In this document: positions 17,187 to 27,089 of the stretch, one piece after another
Position numbering within the stretch: position 1 is the first letter of the stretch
Layout of the letters: every line of letters begins with the position of its first letter
NCBI GenBank assembly: GCA_002310235.1
Contig: DBYO01000032.1
Location: 1,462-65,461 of the forward strand
Direction: 5' to 3'
DNA from: Bacteroidales bacterium UBA1184
GTDB lineage: Bacteria > Bacteroidota > Bacteroidia > Bacteroidales > ML635J-15
DNA length: 64,000 nt
Position numbers and translations under genes: made by a program
Notes under the pieces: generated by a model
Database searches by the model: none
The model's input: only the letters and a program-made list of their open reading frames with translations
Told to the model about the DNA's origin: nothing

Positions 17187-18770
17187 ATGAAAAACATACT
17201 TGTTGCTTTGCTGTTCTTGCTGTCGCTGTGTGCATACGGGCAGGAGGAAGAATTTATTGGAGGAAATTGCACCAGCATAATGGTCGGCAAGAAGGCCAGT
17301 GCCGATGGTTCGGTTATTACTTCGCACACCTGCGACGGACGCTACCGCACATGGATGACGATTGAGCCCGCCGCAAACTACAAGGACGGTGCTACCCACA
17401 AGGTTTACAAGGGCACTATGCACACTAAGAGCCGCACCGACACTACGGGTCTAACGCTCGCTGGTGAAATTCCGCAGGCAAAGCACACCTACGCTTACCT
17501 CAATACTGCATATCCTTGTCTCAACGAAAAGCAGCTTGCCATTGGCGAGACTACTTTTTCTGGTCCCGATACGCTTGTTAACAGCAAGGGAATGTTTATG
17601 ATTGAGGAACTTGAACGTGTTGCACTTATGCGTTGTACTACTGCTCGTGAAGCTATAAAGCTTATCGGAAGCCTTGTAAAAGAATACGGTTATGGCGATG
17701 GCGGCGAGTGCATTACGATTGCCGACAAGAACGAGGTATGGCAGATGGAAATCCTTGGCGAAGGTCCCGACAAGATTGGTGGCGTGTGGGCAGCAAAGCG
17801 CATTCCCGACGACCATGTTGGCGTGTCGGCAAACATTGCTAGAATTGGGCAGATGGAGCGCAACAATCCCGACTATTTTATGGCTTCGGACAATGTTGAG
17901 GAAGTTGCCAAAAAATACAACCTGTGGGACGGCAGCGAACCGTTTGTCTTCTGGAAGGCTTTTGCGTCGTCGTATGGCGCAGGGAAGAACTTCAAGGAAC
18001 GCGAGTTCTTTATTCTCAACAGTATAGCTCCTTCGCTCGGACTTAGCATGGATATGGATGAACTGCCGTTTTCGGTTAAGCCCGATGAAAATGTTGATGT
18101 CCGCAAGGTGATTGAACTTTTCCGCAGCACCTACGAAGGCACCGACCTCGATATGACTCGCAATGTGCGAATGGTTACCAAGAAGCGTCTCGACGACGGC
18201 ACTTTGGTTGACGATACAATTGTAAGTCCAATAGCAAATCCGTGGCTTGGTACAAATTTGCGCAACACCTTGAATTTCATTGCTCCCGAGACTGTAACAT
18301 TCCAGCGCACTGTGGCTGTGGCTTGGTGCTCGTACTCGCACATTATCCAGTTGCGCAGCTGGTTGCCCGACGAGGTTGGTGGCATCTGCTGGATGTCGGT
18401 TGACAATCCCGCTCAGACTCCACGAGTGCCTATTTTCTGCGGAACAACCGCATTGCCAAAGGCTTACGATGTCTGTGGACAAAGACAACTCGACGACAAC
18501 TGCGTGCTATGGACTTACCGCAAGGCAAACAAGTTGGCAACCGTAGCTTGGCAATCAACGAGACCGGTTCTTGAAAGTGCACTCAAATCATACGAGGATG
18601 ATGCATTTGCTGGTCTTAAGGAATTGGAACAGAAAGTTGTTGACAACGGCAATGCCAAGAAGTCGGCGAAACTTTTGAATGCCTATACAAACGATAATTT
18701 TGAGAAGTCGGCAAAGAAATGGAAAAGCTTGGAAGAAATGTTTTGGCTGAGATTTGGAATGGGATTTTAA
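17187..18770 (+). CDS. C69 family dipeptidase
   Basis: The mature N-terminus GGNCTSIMVGKKASADGSVITSHTCDG carries the nucleophile Cys context of peptidase family C69. 527 aa. Confidence 0.8.
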   Translation: MKNILVALLFLLSLCAYGQEEEFIGGNCTSIMVGKKASADGSVITSHTCDGRYRTWMTIEPAANYKDGATHKVYKGTMHTKSRTDTTGLTLAGEIPQAKHTYAYLNTAYPCLNEKQLAIGETTFSGPDTLVNSKGMFMIEELERVALMRCTTAREAIKLIGSLVKEYGYGDGGECITIADKNEVWQMEILGEGPDKIGGVWAAKRIPDDHVGVSANIARIGQMERNNPDYFMASDNVEEVAKKYNLWDGSEPFVFWKAFASSYGAGKNFKEREFFILNSIAPSLGLSMDMDELPFSVKPDENVDVRKVIELFRSTYEGTDLDMTRNVRMVTKKRLDDGTLVDDTIVSPIANPWLGTNLRNTLNFIAPETVTFQRTVAVAWCSYSHIIQLRSWLPDEVGGICWMSVDNPAQTPRVPIFCGTTALPKAYDVCGQRQLDDNCVLWTYRKANKLATVAWQSTRPVLESALKSYEDDAFAGLKELEQKVVDNGNAKKSAKLLNAYTNDNFEKSAKKWKSLEEMFWLRFGMGF

Positions 18771-18808
18771 AACAGTTGAAAGTTAAAAGTTAACAGTTAT
18801 CAGACAAG

Positions 18809-19474
18809 ATGCAAAAGAAAATATTTGTACTATTCATTATGAGCATAATACTATGTTCAAACAATGGTTTCTCACAATCATTAAACGGGCACGAGTATGT
18901 TGATTTAGGATTGCCAAGCGGTACTAAATGGGCAAAATGTAATATCGGTGCTAAAACACCCGAAAGTTACGGCGACTTATTTGCGTGGGGAGAAACGAAG
19001 ACAAAGGCTAACTATGGAGGGCAAGGATATTGTTTCAATGGCGAAGTTAGTTCTACATTAAAAAAATATTCCTCGGAAACTACCGTCAAGCATGGCGAAA
19101 AGCCAGACAACTTACTTGTGTTAGAGGCTGTGGATGATGCAGCTACGGCAAATTGGGGAGAAGGATGGCGTATGCCTACTGATGCGGATTTCGGAGAATT
19201 GCTATCAAATTGCACTGCGACTTGGACAACACAAAACGAAATAAAAGGATATATTTTTACAGGTCCAAATGGGAATTCAATCTTTTTGCCTGCAGCGGGC
19301 TGGTGTTCGACTGATAACGTCATTGATAGAGGTAGTAGCGGTTGCTATTGGTCCAAAAGCCTTAACAGAGAGAACGTATTCCGTGCCTATAATCTAGAAT
19401 TTAGTTCCAACAATTGTAAGCTAAACGATTCCGGAAGAAGCGATGGAATTTCGGTAAGACCCGTCTGTAATTAG
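18809..19474 (+). CDS. secreted FISUMP/DUF1566-like domain protein
   Basis: Signal peptide. GDLFAWGE, GWRMPTDADFGELL, FLPAAGW and GCYWS blocks, typical of the Fibrobacter major paralogous domain / DUF1566 group. Confidence 0.6.
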   Translation: MQKKIFVLFIMSIILCSNNGFSQSLNGHEYVDLGLPSGTKWAKCNIGAKTPESYGDLFAWGETKTKANYGGQGYCFNGEVSSTLKKYSSETTVKHGEKPDNLLVLEAVDDAATANWGEGWRMPTDADFGELLSNCTATWTTQNEIKGYIFTGPNGNSIFLPAAGWCSTDNVIDRGSSGCYWSKSLNRENVFRAYNLEFSSNNCKLNDSGRSDGISVRPVCN

Positions 19475-19476
19475 CA

Positions 19477-19595
19477 ATCTTCAAATACTTAAATCATCAA
19501 ATTTTCAAATCATTAAGCAAATTCAACCTAAAACATTAAAACCTGAAACGGCATCAGCCATTGAAACTTAGAAACTTATATACATTAAAACTTAG
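19477..19595. repeat. degenerate 7-8 nt tandem repeat, same family as 16627-16746
   Basis: caatcttcaaatacttaaatcatcaaattttcaaatcattaagcaaattcaacctaaaacattaaaacctgaaac...ttgaaacttagaaact. Followed by the GC hairpin agtcgcggcgcgccacgact (19599-19618). Confidence 0.7.
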
Positions 19596-19636
19596 TACAG
19601 TCGCGGCGCGCCACGACTCAACAAAAAAAATAGCTT

Positions 19637-20314
19637 ATGCGAATTGACATTATAACCGTTTTGCCAGAAATCCTTGATGGACCGCTGAACAATTCGATAA
19701 TCAAGCGGGCAACCGACAAGGGAATTGCCGAAGTTCATATCCATGACCTGCGCGAATACGGCCTTGGGCGTCACAAGCAGGTTGATGACTACGCCTTTGG
19801 CGGCGAGGCTGGCATGGTAATGATGATAGAACCTATCTATAACTGCATCAACGATTTGAAAAAGCAACGCGACTATGACCTTGTAATTTACACATCGCCC
19901 GACGGTAAGCCGTGGAAGCAGAAGGAAGCTAATCGCATAAGCATGATGAACAACATTATAATTCTTTGTGGTCACTATAAGGGCATCGACTATCGCATTC
20001 GCGAACACCTTATCGACGAGGAGTTTAGCATCGGAGACTTTGTGCTTACTGGTGGCGAACTTGCCGCCGCTATGATGTGCGACAGCATTATCCGTGTTAT
20101 ACCTGGTGCAATCGGCGACGAGCAGTCGGCCTTGTCCGATTCGTTCCAAGACGGACTTCTTGCACCGCCAGTCTATACCCGTCCTGCTGAGTTCAACGGA
20201 TGGAAAGTCCCAGATATTCTGCTTTCTGGAAATTTTGCCAAGATAGATGAGTGGAAAGAGGAACTTGCCTACGAGCGCACAAAGACATTGAGACCGGATT
20301 TGTTGGAGGAATAA
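19637..20314 (+). CDS. trmD: tRNA (guanine37-N1)-methyltransferase
   Basis: [39 protein letters not shown] and [17 protein letters not shown] are canonical TrmD blocks. Confidence 0.95.
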   Translation: MRIDIITVLPEILDGPLNNSIIKRATDKGIAEVHIHDLREYGLGRHKQVDDYAFGGEAGMVMMIEPIYNCINDLKKQRDYDLVIYTSPDGKPWKQKEANRISMMNNIIILCGHYKGIDYRIREHLIDEEFSIGDFVLTGGELAAAMMCDSIIRVIPGAIGDEQSALSDSFQDGLLAPPVYTRPAEFNGWKVPDILLSGNFAKIDEWKEELAYERTKTLRPDLLEE

Positions 20315-20318
20315 TTTC

Positions 20319-20840
20319 CTACTTTATCTTATCTCCGCAAAATTCCCTTCGTCCACATTTTTCGCAGTGACTGCCCATCCATACGCTATCGAACTGATTG
20401 ATGGCCGATTCTACAATTTCTGGATCGTTGGTGTAAATTCCAGCCTCGAAGTTCCGTTTTTGTGGACTTTTCATGCCTATGCCTGCACCGGTAAGGTTTG
20501 CCGAACCAATATAGACGCTTTCCATGTCGAAAATCATAATTTTGAAATGTACGCGCGGACATAGTACTCGTTCAAGATTGGTATGCAGGATAGGGTAGCG
20601 GTCAAAGTCAGTGCGAAAGTTTTCTCCAGGTTCCTTGGCGTGAATGAGACGAATTTCTACACCTTTTTTCAGAAGCGAAGCAAGTATGCCAAGCATTGGC
20701 ACAACATCGTTGCCTTGCTTTATGTACAAGTCCTTGATGTCGGCTGTGCCAATCCATAGGGTACGCTTTACATTTGTGAGCTTTGAAAGCACTTCGGTGT
20801 AGTGTTGTTCGTTGGCTATGTATTTTAGGAAAGGTGACAT
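20319..20840 (-). CDS. phospholipase D/Nuc-like single-HKD domain protein
   Basis: HKD motif HFKIMIFDMESVYIGSANLTGAG. No signal peptide. C-terminal Cys cluster HCEKCGRREFCGD. Confidence 0.7.
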   Translation of the reverse strand: MSPFLKYIANEQHYTEVLSKLTNVKRTLWIGTADIKDLYIKQGNDVVPMLGILASLLKKGVEIRLIHAKEPGENFRTDFDRYPILHTNLERVLCPRVHFKIMIFDMESVYIGSANLTGAGIGMKSPQKRNFEAGIYTNDPEIVESAINQFDSVWMGSHCEKCGRREFCGDKIK

Positions 20841-20845
20841 GCAAA

Positions 20846-23800
20846 TTATTCTATAACAAATTTCGCCTTATTTTTCCCAATTTTTGCGATGTAGATTCCT
20901 GCTGCAATTTTTCCCAGCGAAATTTCTGTTACCTCTGATTCGGTTTTTCGTACAAGGACGATTCTACCGTTTATATCGGTAATTATAAGTTGCTTTCCTA
21001 CAAGGTCTGGAGTAATGCTTATAGAGAAACTTCCATTGTTGGGTGAAGGGTAGGTGCTAATGCCGCAAAGGTCTTCGTCGCTGATGCTTACTGTAGTTGT
21101 GTCGTTTGCAACCGAGTAGTTGTACCATCCGATGTTTTGTGCCGAGTCGATTGCTATCGAGCTTATGATGGCGAAGTCCTGGTTCCCTTCGATATTGGCA
21201 GGAGCTTGAATATCTCCGTTTTCGCCCGCGGTTATGCTTGCTGTATTGCTGCGTGAACGGTAAATCCTGAAATTGTCGATGTGTGCTGTCGCACCGCCGT
21301 TGCGTAGCGCCACAATGTTGCCCTCTGTGAAGAAGTCTGGTGCTGTATATGAACCATAGTAGCTGTAATCATAATATATCGAACTCTTGCCGTTTATGCG
21401 GTTGTAAATAAGTTTTACGTTGTGCCAGTTGTGAGTATCGAGTGGAAGGTCAATGCACTTGTTCTGTGAATATGTGTTGTTTTCTACGCGGTAGAACTCA
21501 ACTCTCGACGAACTTGACGACAGTCGGAAATAGATGAAGTATCCGTTGCCGTGGTTTTCAGTTTGTCCGTCGGTGCTCATGTAGTGCAGACCAATACGCT
21601 GATTTGTCGCGCCTTCTGTCATCTTGAAGTCGAATTCGTACAAATATTTGTCAGCCAATGTTTGGTCAACAGTAGCATATAGGTTCGATGTCGCGGTTTC
21701 TGTCTGGATCAGGTGCCCGTCGCTAATGCTCCATGAGCCGGTTACGCCTGTCCACGCATCGCCAATTTCGGTATCGAAATCGCTGTTGGCAAAGCCGTTT
21801 GAGTTGTTGGATATCCATTCTTCTCCTGCAAGATATTTAACACCGTAGAAACGTTCTGCTACGAAATTGTTTTCGGTTTCGTCGAATGTAGCTTCGAAGT
21901 CGGTTCCGTTCCATGCATGGTCGGTGCTTATTTCGGTTACGGGAGCAGTCCAGTCAACCTTGACGTCTTTCTCGTAGTAGTCCGACCACATTCCGTTGTT
22001 GCCGTGAAGTATGGTTCTTATTTTTCCAGCATAGCTTCCATTAGTGCTTTCGTGGCGGATGTCACCGTTTTCTCCTATTGTGACGGTAATGTCGGCACTA
22101 TTGTTGCGCAAACGTGATACATAGATGTCCTTGTATTCGGTCTTGCAGTTTGCAGAGCGCAAAGAGAAGCAGTCGCCAGATGTAAATGGATTGGAGTCGT
22201 TGAGTGTAACGGCAACAATGTCATCTATATAGCAAGTTATTTTGCCCGTATTTGTGTCGAATAAAATCTTTATATCGTACCATTGACCAGCATTTATGGT
22301 ATATGAAAGCGAAGTGTATGTTCCTCCGTTTTCCGAATACGAGCCATCAACATATTTGTAAAGTTGTGCTGTGTTGTGGTCGGCACGGATAAATAGCATG
22401 TATCCGTTCCTCCGTTCTGCATTGTCGGTAAAGAAATAGAATCCAGCACGGCGGTTAGAGCCATCTCCGGTAATTTTCATTTTTGCATGATATAAATATG
22501 TATATCCGCTTTCCTGATGCAGGTTGCAGTGTAGGTTTGTGCTTGTTAGTTCTTCATCGGTTTGTATTATCGCATCAGAATTCATTACCCAATTGCCGTT
22601 TGCAATTGTCCAATTCTCGGGAATTGTTTGTCCGTCAAATTTTTCGTAAAGCGTTCCACGTGATGTGTTGGTCGTCCAATTGTCGTCTTCTTTGTCAAGT
22701 ATCTGGTAGAAAGCCTTGTTTGTGCTGCTTCTGTCGTCGAAAGAGACTTGAAAGTTGCTGTTGTTCCATTCGTCGGCTGTGATTTCGGTTGTTGGCGGAA
22801 CAGTGTCGTCTTCTGGCAGAACAATGTTCCATCCGCAGTCGTTCATTTTACGTGCTACCTGAACGCGGAAGTTTGGTAGCATTGCGTAAAGGGTTTCGCC
22901 GGGGCATGTTGTGCCGATTGATCCGTTGGAGTCTTGGTTTACGTCGCGGTGTCCTGAAATACGGTAGCGGCTGAAAGTAAATTGTCCTGCCTGATTGATT
23001 ATGTCGGCGGATGATGTCGGGTCGAGTTCCTTGCGGTCGTACCACCAGGCTAGCATGTCCCAGCATTTTTCGAGCTGGGCGCTGGTTGGAGCGGTAGCAA
23101 GAGTATCGGAATGTCCGATGAAATTGAGACCAATTGACTTGGAATTGCAATATCCTGCGTGAGCGCCTTTAACATCAGAAGTGGGCAGGTTGGGATTGTG
23201 GCGACCCTGGTACATATTTCCGTACTTGTCAAAAAGGTAGTTGTAGCCTATGTCTGACCAGGGTTCAGAGAGTCCATGTACGTGATAGTACCAATAAGAT
23301 CGCACAACAGCGGCTCCGTCGGTGTATGAGTATGGACTTGCGCCATGGTGTATGATTGTATGTGTCGGTGTTATATATGTGACACTGTATGTTGGATTTA
23401 GGCAATCCGTATAGTTGCCGCACCACGCTGAACGAGGAACGTAGTCTGGAAATTCGAGACAGTTGCCATCGCGGGTAGCGTTGACGTGTATGGTTCGGTT
23501 CGATGCTTCTTCATTTTCCGATTTCATATCTTGGAAAACAAGTTCAATTTTTGTGAGTTGTACATTTACAGGCGGAAAAATTAAGAATTCAATCGAATCG
23601 TGCATATTGAGGTCGAAACCGAAAAGCAAGTCGGTGTAGAAGATGTTTGGTTCGATGTCTTCGGGACGGAAATATCCGTGGTCGTCCTGCCAGTTTGTCC
23701 ATTTCTGACCTTGCGATGTGCGGTAATAGACAATGAAATGTCCTTCGAGAGCATTGCGGTCGGTGGCATCGAAACCTATGGCAAACGAGGTAAATGGCAT

Positions 23801-23980
23801 CGGCGCTTTCATGCGGAAACCATATGCACCGTCATCGTTTGGTTTTAATAGTTCATTTATTTGTATGCGCATGAGTGTCGTTCCGTTTTCTGAATGTGAC
23901 TTTATGGTCTTGTAGTTCACCTGTGCGAACGATGCCAATGATATGGCTATGACTATTATTGATACAAATAAACGCTTCAT
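20846..23980 (-). CDS. multidomain N-acetylmuramoyl-L-alanine amidase (PGRP/amidase_2) with duplicated jelly-roll modules and T9SS sorting domain
   Basis: Signal MKRLFVSIIVIAISLASFAQ. Amidase_2-like HHGASPY...WSDIGYNYLFDKYGNMYQGR...KGAHAGYCNSKSIGLNFIGH...ISGHRDV. Two ~250-aa repeats, each ending IT(V/A)GENGDI. C-terminal YPSPNNGSFSISI...ITDINGRIV...AAGIYIAKI is a T9SS CTD. Confidence 0.8.
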   Translation of the reverse strand: MKRLFVSIIVIAISLASFAQVNYKTIKSHSENGTTLMRIQINELLKPNDDGAYGFRMKAPMPFTSFAIGFDATDRNALEGHFIVYYRTSQGQKWTNWQDDHGYFRPEDIEPNIFYTDLLFGFDLNMHDSIEFLIFPPVNVQLTKIELVFQDMKSENEEASNRTIHVNATRDGNCLEFPDYVPRSAWCGNYTDCLNPTYSVTYITPTHTIIHHGASPYSYTDGAAVVRSYWYYHVHGLSEPWSDIGYNYLFDKYGNMYQGRHNPNLPTSDVKGAHAGYCNSKSIGLNFIGHSDTLATAPTSAQLEKCWDMLAWWYDRKELDPTSSADIINQAGQFTFSRYRISGHRDVNQDSNGSIGTTCPGETLYAMLPNFRVQVARKMNDCGWNIVLPEDDTVPPTTEITADEWNNSNFQVSFDDRSSTNKAFYQILDKEDDNWTTNTSRGTLYEKFDGQTIPENWTIANGNWVMNSDAIIQTDEELTSTNLHCNLHQESGYTYLYHAKMKITGDGSNRRAGFYFFTDNAERRNGYMLFIRADHNTAQLYKYVDGSYSENGGTYTSLSYTINAGQWYDIKILFDTNTGKITCYIDDIVAVTLNDSNPFTSGDCFSLRSANCKTEYKDIYVSRLRNNSADITVTIGENGDIRHESTNGSYAGKIRTILHGNNGMWSDYYEKDVKVDWTAPVTEISTDHAWNGTDFEATFDETENNFVAERFYGVKYLAGEEWISNNSNGFANSDFDTEIGDAWTGVTGSWSISDGHLIQTETATSNLYATVDQTLADKYLYEFDFKMTEGATNQRIGLHYMSTDGQTENHGNGYFIYFRLSSSSSRVEFYRVENNTYSQNKCIDLPLDTHNWHNVKLIYNRINGKSSIYYDYSYYGSYTAPDFFTEGNIVALRNGGATAHIDNFRIYRSRSNTASITAGENGDIQAPANIEGNQDFAIISSIAIDSAQNIGWYNYSVANDTTTVSISDEDLCGISTYPSPNNGSFSISITPDLVGKQLIITDINGRIVLVRKTESEVTEISLGKIAAGIYIAKIGKNKAKFVIE

Positions 23981-24005
23981 AATTATATGATAATTAAAAT
24001 TATGC

Positions 24006-24013
24006 CAAAGATA
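24006..24013 (-). promoter_or_regulatory. -7 promoter box TATCTTTG
   Basis: Plus-strand caaagata, 26 nt upstream of the ATG at 23980. Confidence 0.45.
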
Positions 24014-24067
24014 ATTATTTTTTTGAAAGATAGAGTTTTGTTGGGAATAAATAGATTTATCAGGATT

Positions 24068-24889
24068 TTATTTCTTCTTTTTCTTCTCTTTCTTTTCCTT
24101 GTCTTCAAAATATTTGTCCTTGTATTTTTCGTAGCGGTCTTCCCATTGTTCAATGCTTTCGTCGTCGAACTTTATGGAACCGATAAGTCCCATTAGGCTA
24201 CGTATATGCGCGGCACGGGCGGAGGCTTTTTTAGGACTTCGTTTGGGGTCGCGAGGGTTGGGGTAGGCGGCAACAATTTGCGAGGCTTCGGCTTTGGTAA
24301 GATTTTTTGCGCTCTTGTGGAAATATTCCTGCGCAGCCGCTTCTGCACCATAAATACCAGGCCCCATCTCTATGACGTTGAGATATACTTCCATGATGCG
24401 CTCTTTCGACCAGAAAAGTTCAATAAGGAAGGTTTGATATACTTCCAGTCCTTTGCGAATCCATGAACGACCTTGCCACAAAAATACATTCTTGGCTGTC
24501 TGTTGCGAAATGCCGCTGCCGCCACGGTTGCTTTTGCCCGACTTGTGCTCTTCGATGGCTATGTCAATGGCTACTCGGTCGAAGCCATTGTGTCCCAGAA
24601 ACATATTGTCTTCGCTGGCAACCGATGCATCGACAAGGTATGGCGAAATTTCGTCAAGCGATTTCCATTCTTTTTTTAGTGATTCTCCTTCAAATAATGA
24701 ACGGGAAATCATAGTAAGCGTAATGGGCGGATTTACCCAGCGGTATAGTATGGTTGTGAGTAGGTTAAGTCCGAATATGCAAAGAATTGTAATGAAGATT
24801 GCCTTCATAATCTTTCGGAATATGGACTTGCCACTTTTTTTCTTTGCTGGTTTGGTAGTGGATTCTTTTTTTGCTTTGTTTTTTCTCAT
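24068..24889 (-). CDS. mtgA: monofunctional peptidoglycan glycosyltransferase (GT51)
   Basis: ASEDNMFLGHNGFD, GGSGISQQTAKNVFL and RKGLEVYQTFLIELFWSKERIMEVYLN are GT51 motifs. Single N-terminal TM. ATG at 24889 preferred. Lys/Glu-rich C-terminal tail. Confidence 0.85.
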   Translation of the reverse strand: MRKNKAKKESTTKPAKKKSGKSIFRKIMKAIFITILCIFGLNLLTTILYRWVNPPITLTMISRSLFEGESLKKEWKSLDEISPYLVDASVASEDNMFLGHNGFDRVAIDIAIEEHKSGKSNRGGSGISQQTAKNVFLWQGRSWIRKGLEVYQTFLIELFWSKERIMEVYLNVIEMGPGIYGAEAAAQEYFHKSAKNLTKAEASQIVAAYPNPRDPKRSPKKASARAAHIRSLMGLIGSIKFDDESIEQWEDRYEKYKDKYFEDKEKKEKKKKK

Positions 24890-24903
24890 ATTATTTATGA
24901 ATG

Positions 24904-25386
24904 TTATTGTGCGTTGCTGTCTATTTCGCAACTATCTTTTCTTGTTGTGCAAATATGTGAAAATGCGAACATTATGGCGAAACTAACAAGCAGATAGTGT
25001 CGCAGCATAATGCCGTCGATTAGGAATATGCACGATGGAATTATGGCAAGAGCCATACTTTTCCCGTTCGTACGTTTGTGGAAGTATAATGCATATACAA
25101 ACCAATATGCGACAAGCAGTGCTACGTTTGAAATTGCGTATATAGTAAAATGTGTTTTGGACGCGAATCCGAATTCGGCAATTCCGATGTTGAAAGCCAT
25201 TAGGAACATTGAGCCATATCGACCTACTTGTTCTAGAATGTACATTGAACGACAACATTTGCACTTTGTTTCCTGTCCTTTGAATTTTATGGCGTACAAA
25301 ATGTTTGGAATCAACATCAGCACTATGGTGATGAGTCCGAAAAGGTTTATCCAGTTCCAACCGTCGATTATGCAATATTTTTCCAT
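24904..25386 (-). CDS. integral membrane protein, unknown function
   Basis: 160 aa with about five hydrophobic helices. 1-nt gap to the upstream yfcC-like gene. Confidence 0.5.
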   Translation of the reverse strand: MEKYCIIDGWNWINLFGLITIVLMLIPNILYAIKFKGQETKCKCCRSMYILEQVGRYGSMFLMAFNIGIAEFGFASKTHFTIYAISNVALLVAYWFVYALYFHKRTNGKSMALAIIPSCIFLIDGIMLRHYLLVSFAIMFAFSHICTTRKDSCEIDSNAQ

Positions 25387-25387
25387 G

Positions 25388-26986
25388 CTAAAATCCGTTG
25401 AGTGTCATGTATAGTGTTGGCAGGCAGAGCAGAAAACCTAGAGCTATAAGGATCAACATGAATTTCCAGATGAACTTGAACCAAAGGTTGAACGGAATCT
25501 TTGCCATTCCCAATGCTCCAATCAAAACGCCTGATGTAGGTGTTATCATATTGGTGAAGCCATCGCCAAACTGGAAGGCGAGTACTGTGGTCTGTCGCGA
25601 AATCTCGACAAGGTCGGAGAATGGTGCCATAATCGGCATAGTGAGTGCTGCTTTTGCTGATCCGGATGGGATTATTATGTTTAGGAATGTTTGTATCCCG
25701 TACATTATCGACAGTGAGGCTTCTTTGCCTGTGTCTTGCATTCCATTCGAGAGACTATTCATTATTGTATCGATGATATTGCCATTGGTGAGTATGGCGA
25801 TGATACCGCCAGCAAGACCAACAACAAAGGCTGCAGAGAAAATGTCCTTGGCTCCGTCGAGAAACATTTTTACAATGTCGTTTGCCGACTTGTTCATGGC
25901 TATTCCTGCTGCTATGCCCATGGCTAGGAAAAGTCCTCCGATTTCTTCAACGTACCAACCGTAGCCCATAACACCTACTATAAGGTACAAAACCGTGAAT
26001 AGCAACAGATTTATTATGTAAAAATGTACCGATTTGCGAAGCATAAAAAACGATGTGAGAACGAAAAGTCCAGAAACTATAGGTATTGCAGCAAACTCAA
26101 ATTCTGCATTTCCAACTTTTAGTTGGGAAATGGGGTAGAATATCGAGAACAAAATAACAGCTATGGATACGATTATATAGCTTGCCCAAGCCGATTTCGG
26201 TGTACAATATACAATGTCGTCGGCATGACTGCTGTTGTTTTTACGCCAGTACTCGTCGATGGAGTAGGTAAGGCTTTTCTGTGGATTTTTCTTTATGTGT
26301 GAGGCGTACCAAAGTATAAATGTGAATCCTACTGCATTAATCACAAGCCAGCACACAAATCTGTATTCCCAACCGCTGAATAACGGCAAATCCGACATCC
26401 CTTGTGCTATGCCTATTGTAAACGGGTTAAATATCGCTCCAGCAAAACCTAAATGGGCGGCTACATATACAAGACAAAGTCCAGTTATAGAGTCATATCC
26501 CATTGATATAGCCAATGGTACGAATATTATAACAAAGGCTATTGTTTCCTCGCTCATGCCGAAAATAGCCCCAAATGCGCTGAATAATGTCATTATCAGC
26601 ACCATAATGATGTTATTAACGCCTATTTTCTGAAGGAACTTCCGCTTTTCGAGCCGCTTGCTAAACCGAAGAAATGAGTTGATTCCTGCTGCTAGTGCGC
26701 GACTTTCGTTCAAAATCCAGAAACTTCCACCAACAAGCAGTATGAATGCAATAATTCCTGCCTGTTTTTTGAACCCGTCGAATATAGATGTGAAAACTTG
26801 CCAAGTTTGTGGACTTGCATCCACTTCGTGGTATGAGTTTTCGACGATTACAGTGGTCGTGCTGCCATCGGATAGGGCTTTTGTCGCGCGTTCGAATTGT
26901 CCTGCGGGAACTATCCATGTGAGTATTGCAGCAATGACTATAATTGTGAATACAATGACATATGTATGTGGAACTTTCTTGAACAT
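25388..26986 (-). CDS. yfcC: YfcC family (DcuC/AbgT-like) transporter
   Basis: MFKKVPHTYVIVFTIIVIAAILTWIVPAGQFER is the typical YfcC N-terminus. Polytopic, ~532 aa. ATG at 26986 chosen because a -7 box sits at 27004. Confidence 0.75.
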   Translation of the reverse strand: MFKKVPHTYVIVFTIIVIAAILTWIVPAGQFERATKALSDGSTTTVIVENSYHEVDASPQTWQVFTSIFDGFKKQAGIIAFILLVGGSFWILNESRALAAGINSFLRFSKRLEKRKFLQKIGVNNIIMVLIMTLFSAFGAIFGMSEETIAFVIIFVPLAISMGYDSITGLCLVYVAAHLGFAGAIFNPFTIGIAQGMSDLPLFSGWEYRFVCWLVINAVGFTFILWYASHIKKNPQKSLTYSIDEYWRKNNSSHADDIVYCTPKSAWASYIIVSIAVILFSIFYPISQLKVGNAEFEFAAIPIVSGLFVLTSFFMLRKSVHFYIINLLLFTVLYLIVGVMGYGWYVEEIGGLFLAMGIAAGIAMNKSANDIVKMFLDGAKDIFSAAFVVGLAGGIIAILTNGNIIDTIMNSLSNGMQDTGKEASLSIMYGIQTFLNIIIPSGSAKAALTMPIMAPFSDLVEISRQTTVLAFQFGDGFTNMITPTSGVLIGALGMAKIPFNLWFKFIWKFMLILIALGFLLCLPTLYMTLNGF

Positions 26987-27003
26987 CGTTTGCAAAATTT
27001 GTG

Positions 27004-27011
27004 CAAAGATA
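27004..27011 (-). promoter_or_regulatory. -7 promoter box TATCTTTG
   Basis: Plus-strand caaagata, 18 nt upstream of the ATG at 26986. Confidence 0.45.
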
Positions 27012-27089
27012 AGGAAATCTTTGCGATTCGCGAATGACGATTTTGGATTGCGGTTTCGACAATATTGCAAACGTTTTGTTTGATTATAC

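Noticed and set aside
17451-18488. 345-aa minus-strand ORF opposite the C69 dipeptidase gene
   Set aside because: It lies entirely antisense to a gene with clear family motifs and has no recognisable motifs itself. Its composition is typical of a shadow frame.
20319-20840. PLD/Nuc-like gene as a stand-alone antiphage defence gene
   Set aside because: It is a single small gene with no partner ATPase, helicase or sensor genes and no island context. The sequence alone is insufficient to support this.
24068-24135. Lys/Glu-rich low-complexity C-terminal tail of MtgA (…EDKEKKEKKKKK) as a frameshift or assembly artefact
   Set aside because: The frame runs continuously from the GT51 domain to a normal stop. 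Charged disordered tails are common, and nothing in the sequence indicates an error.
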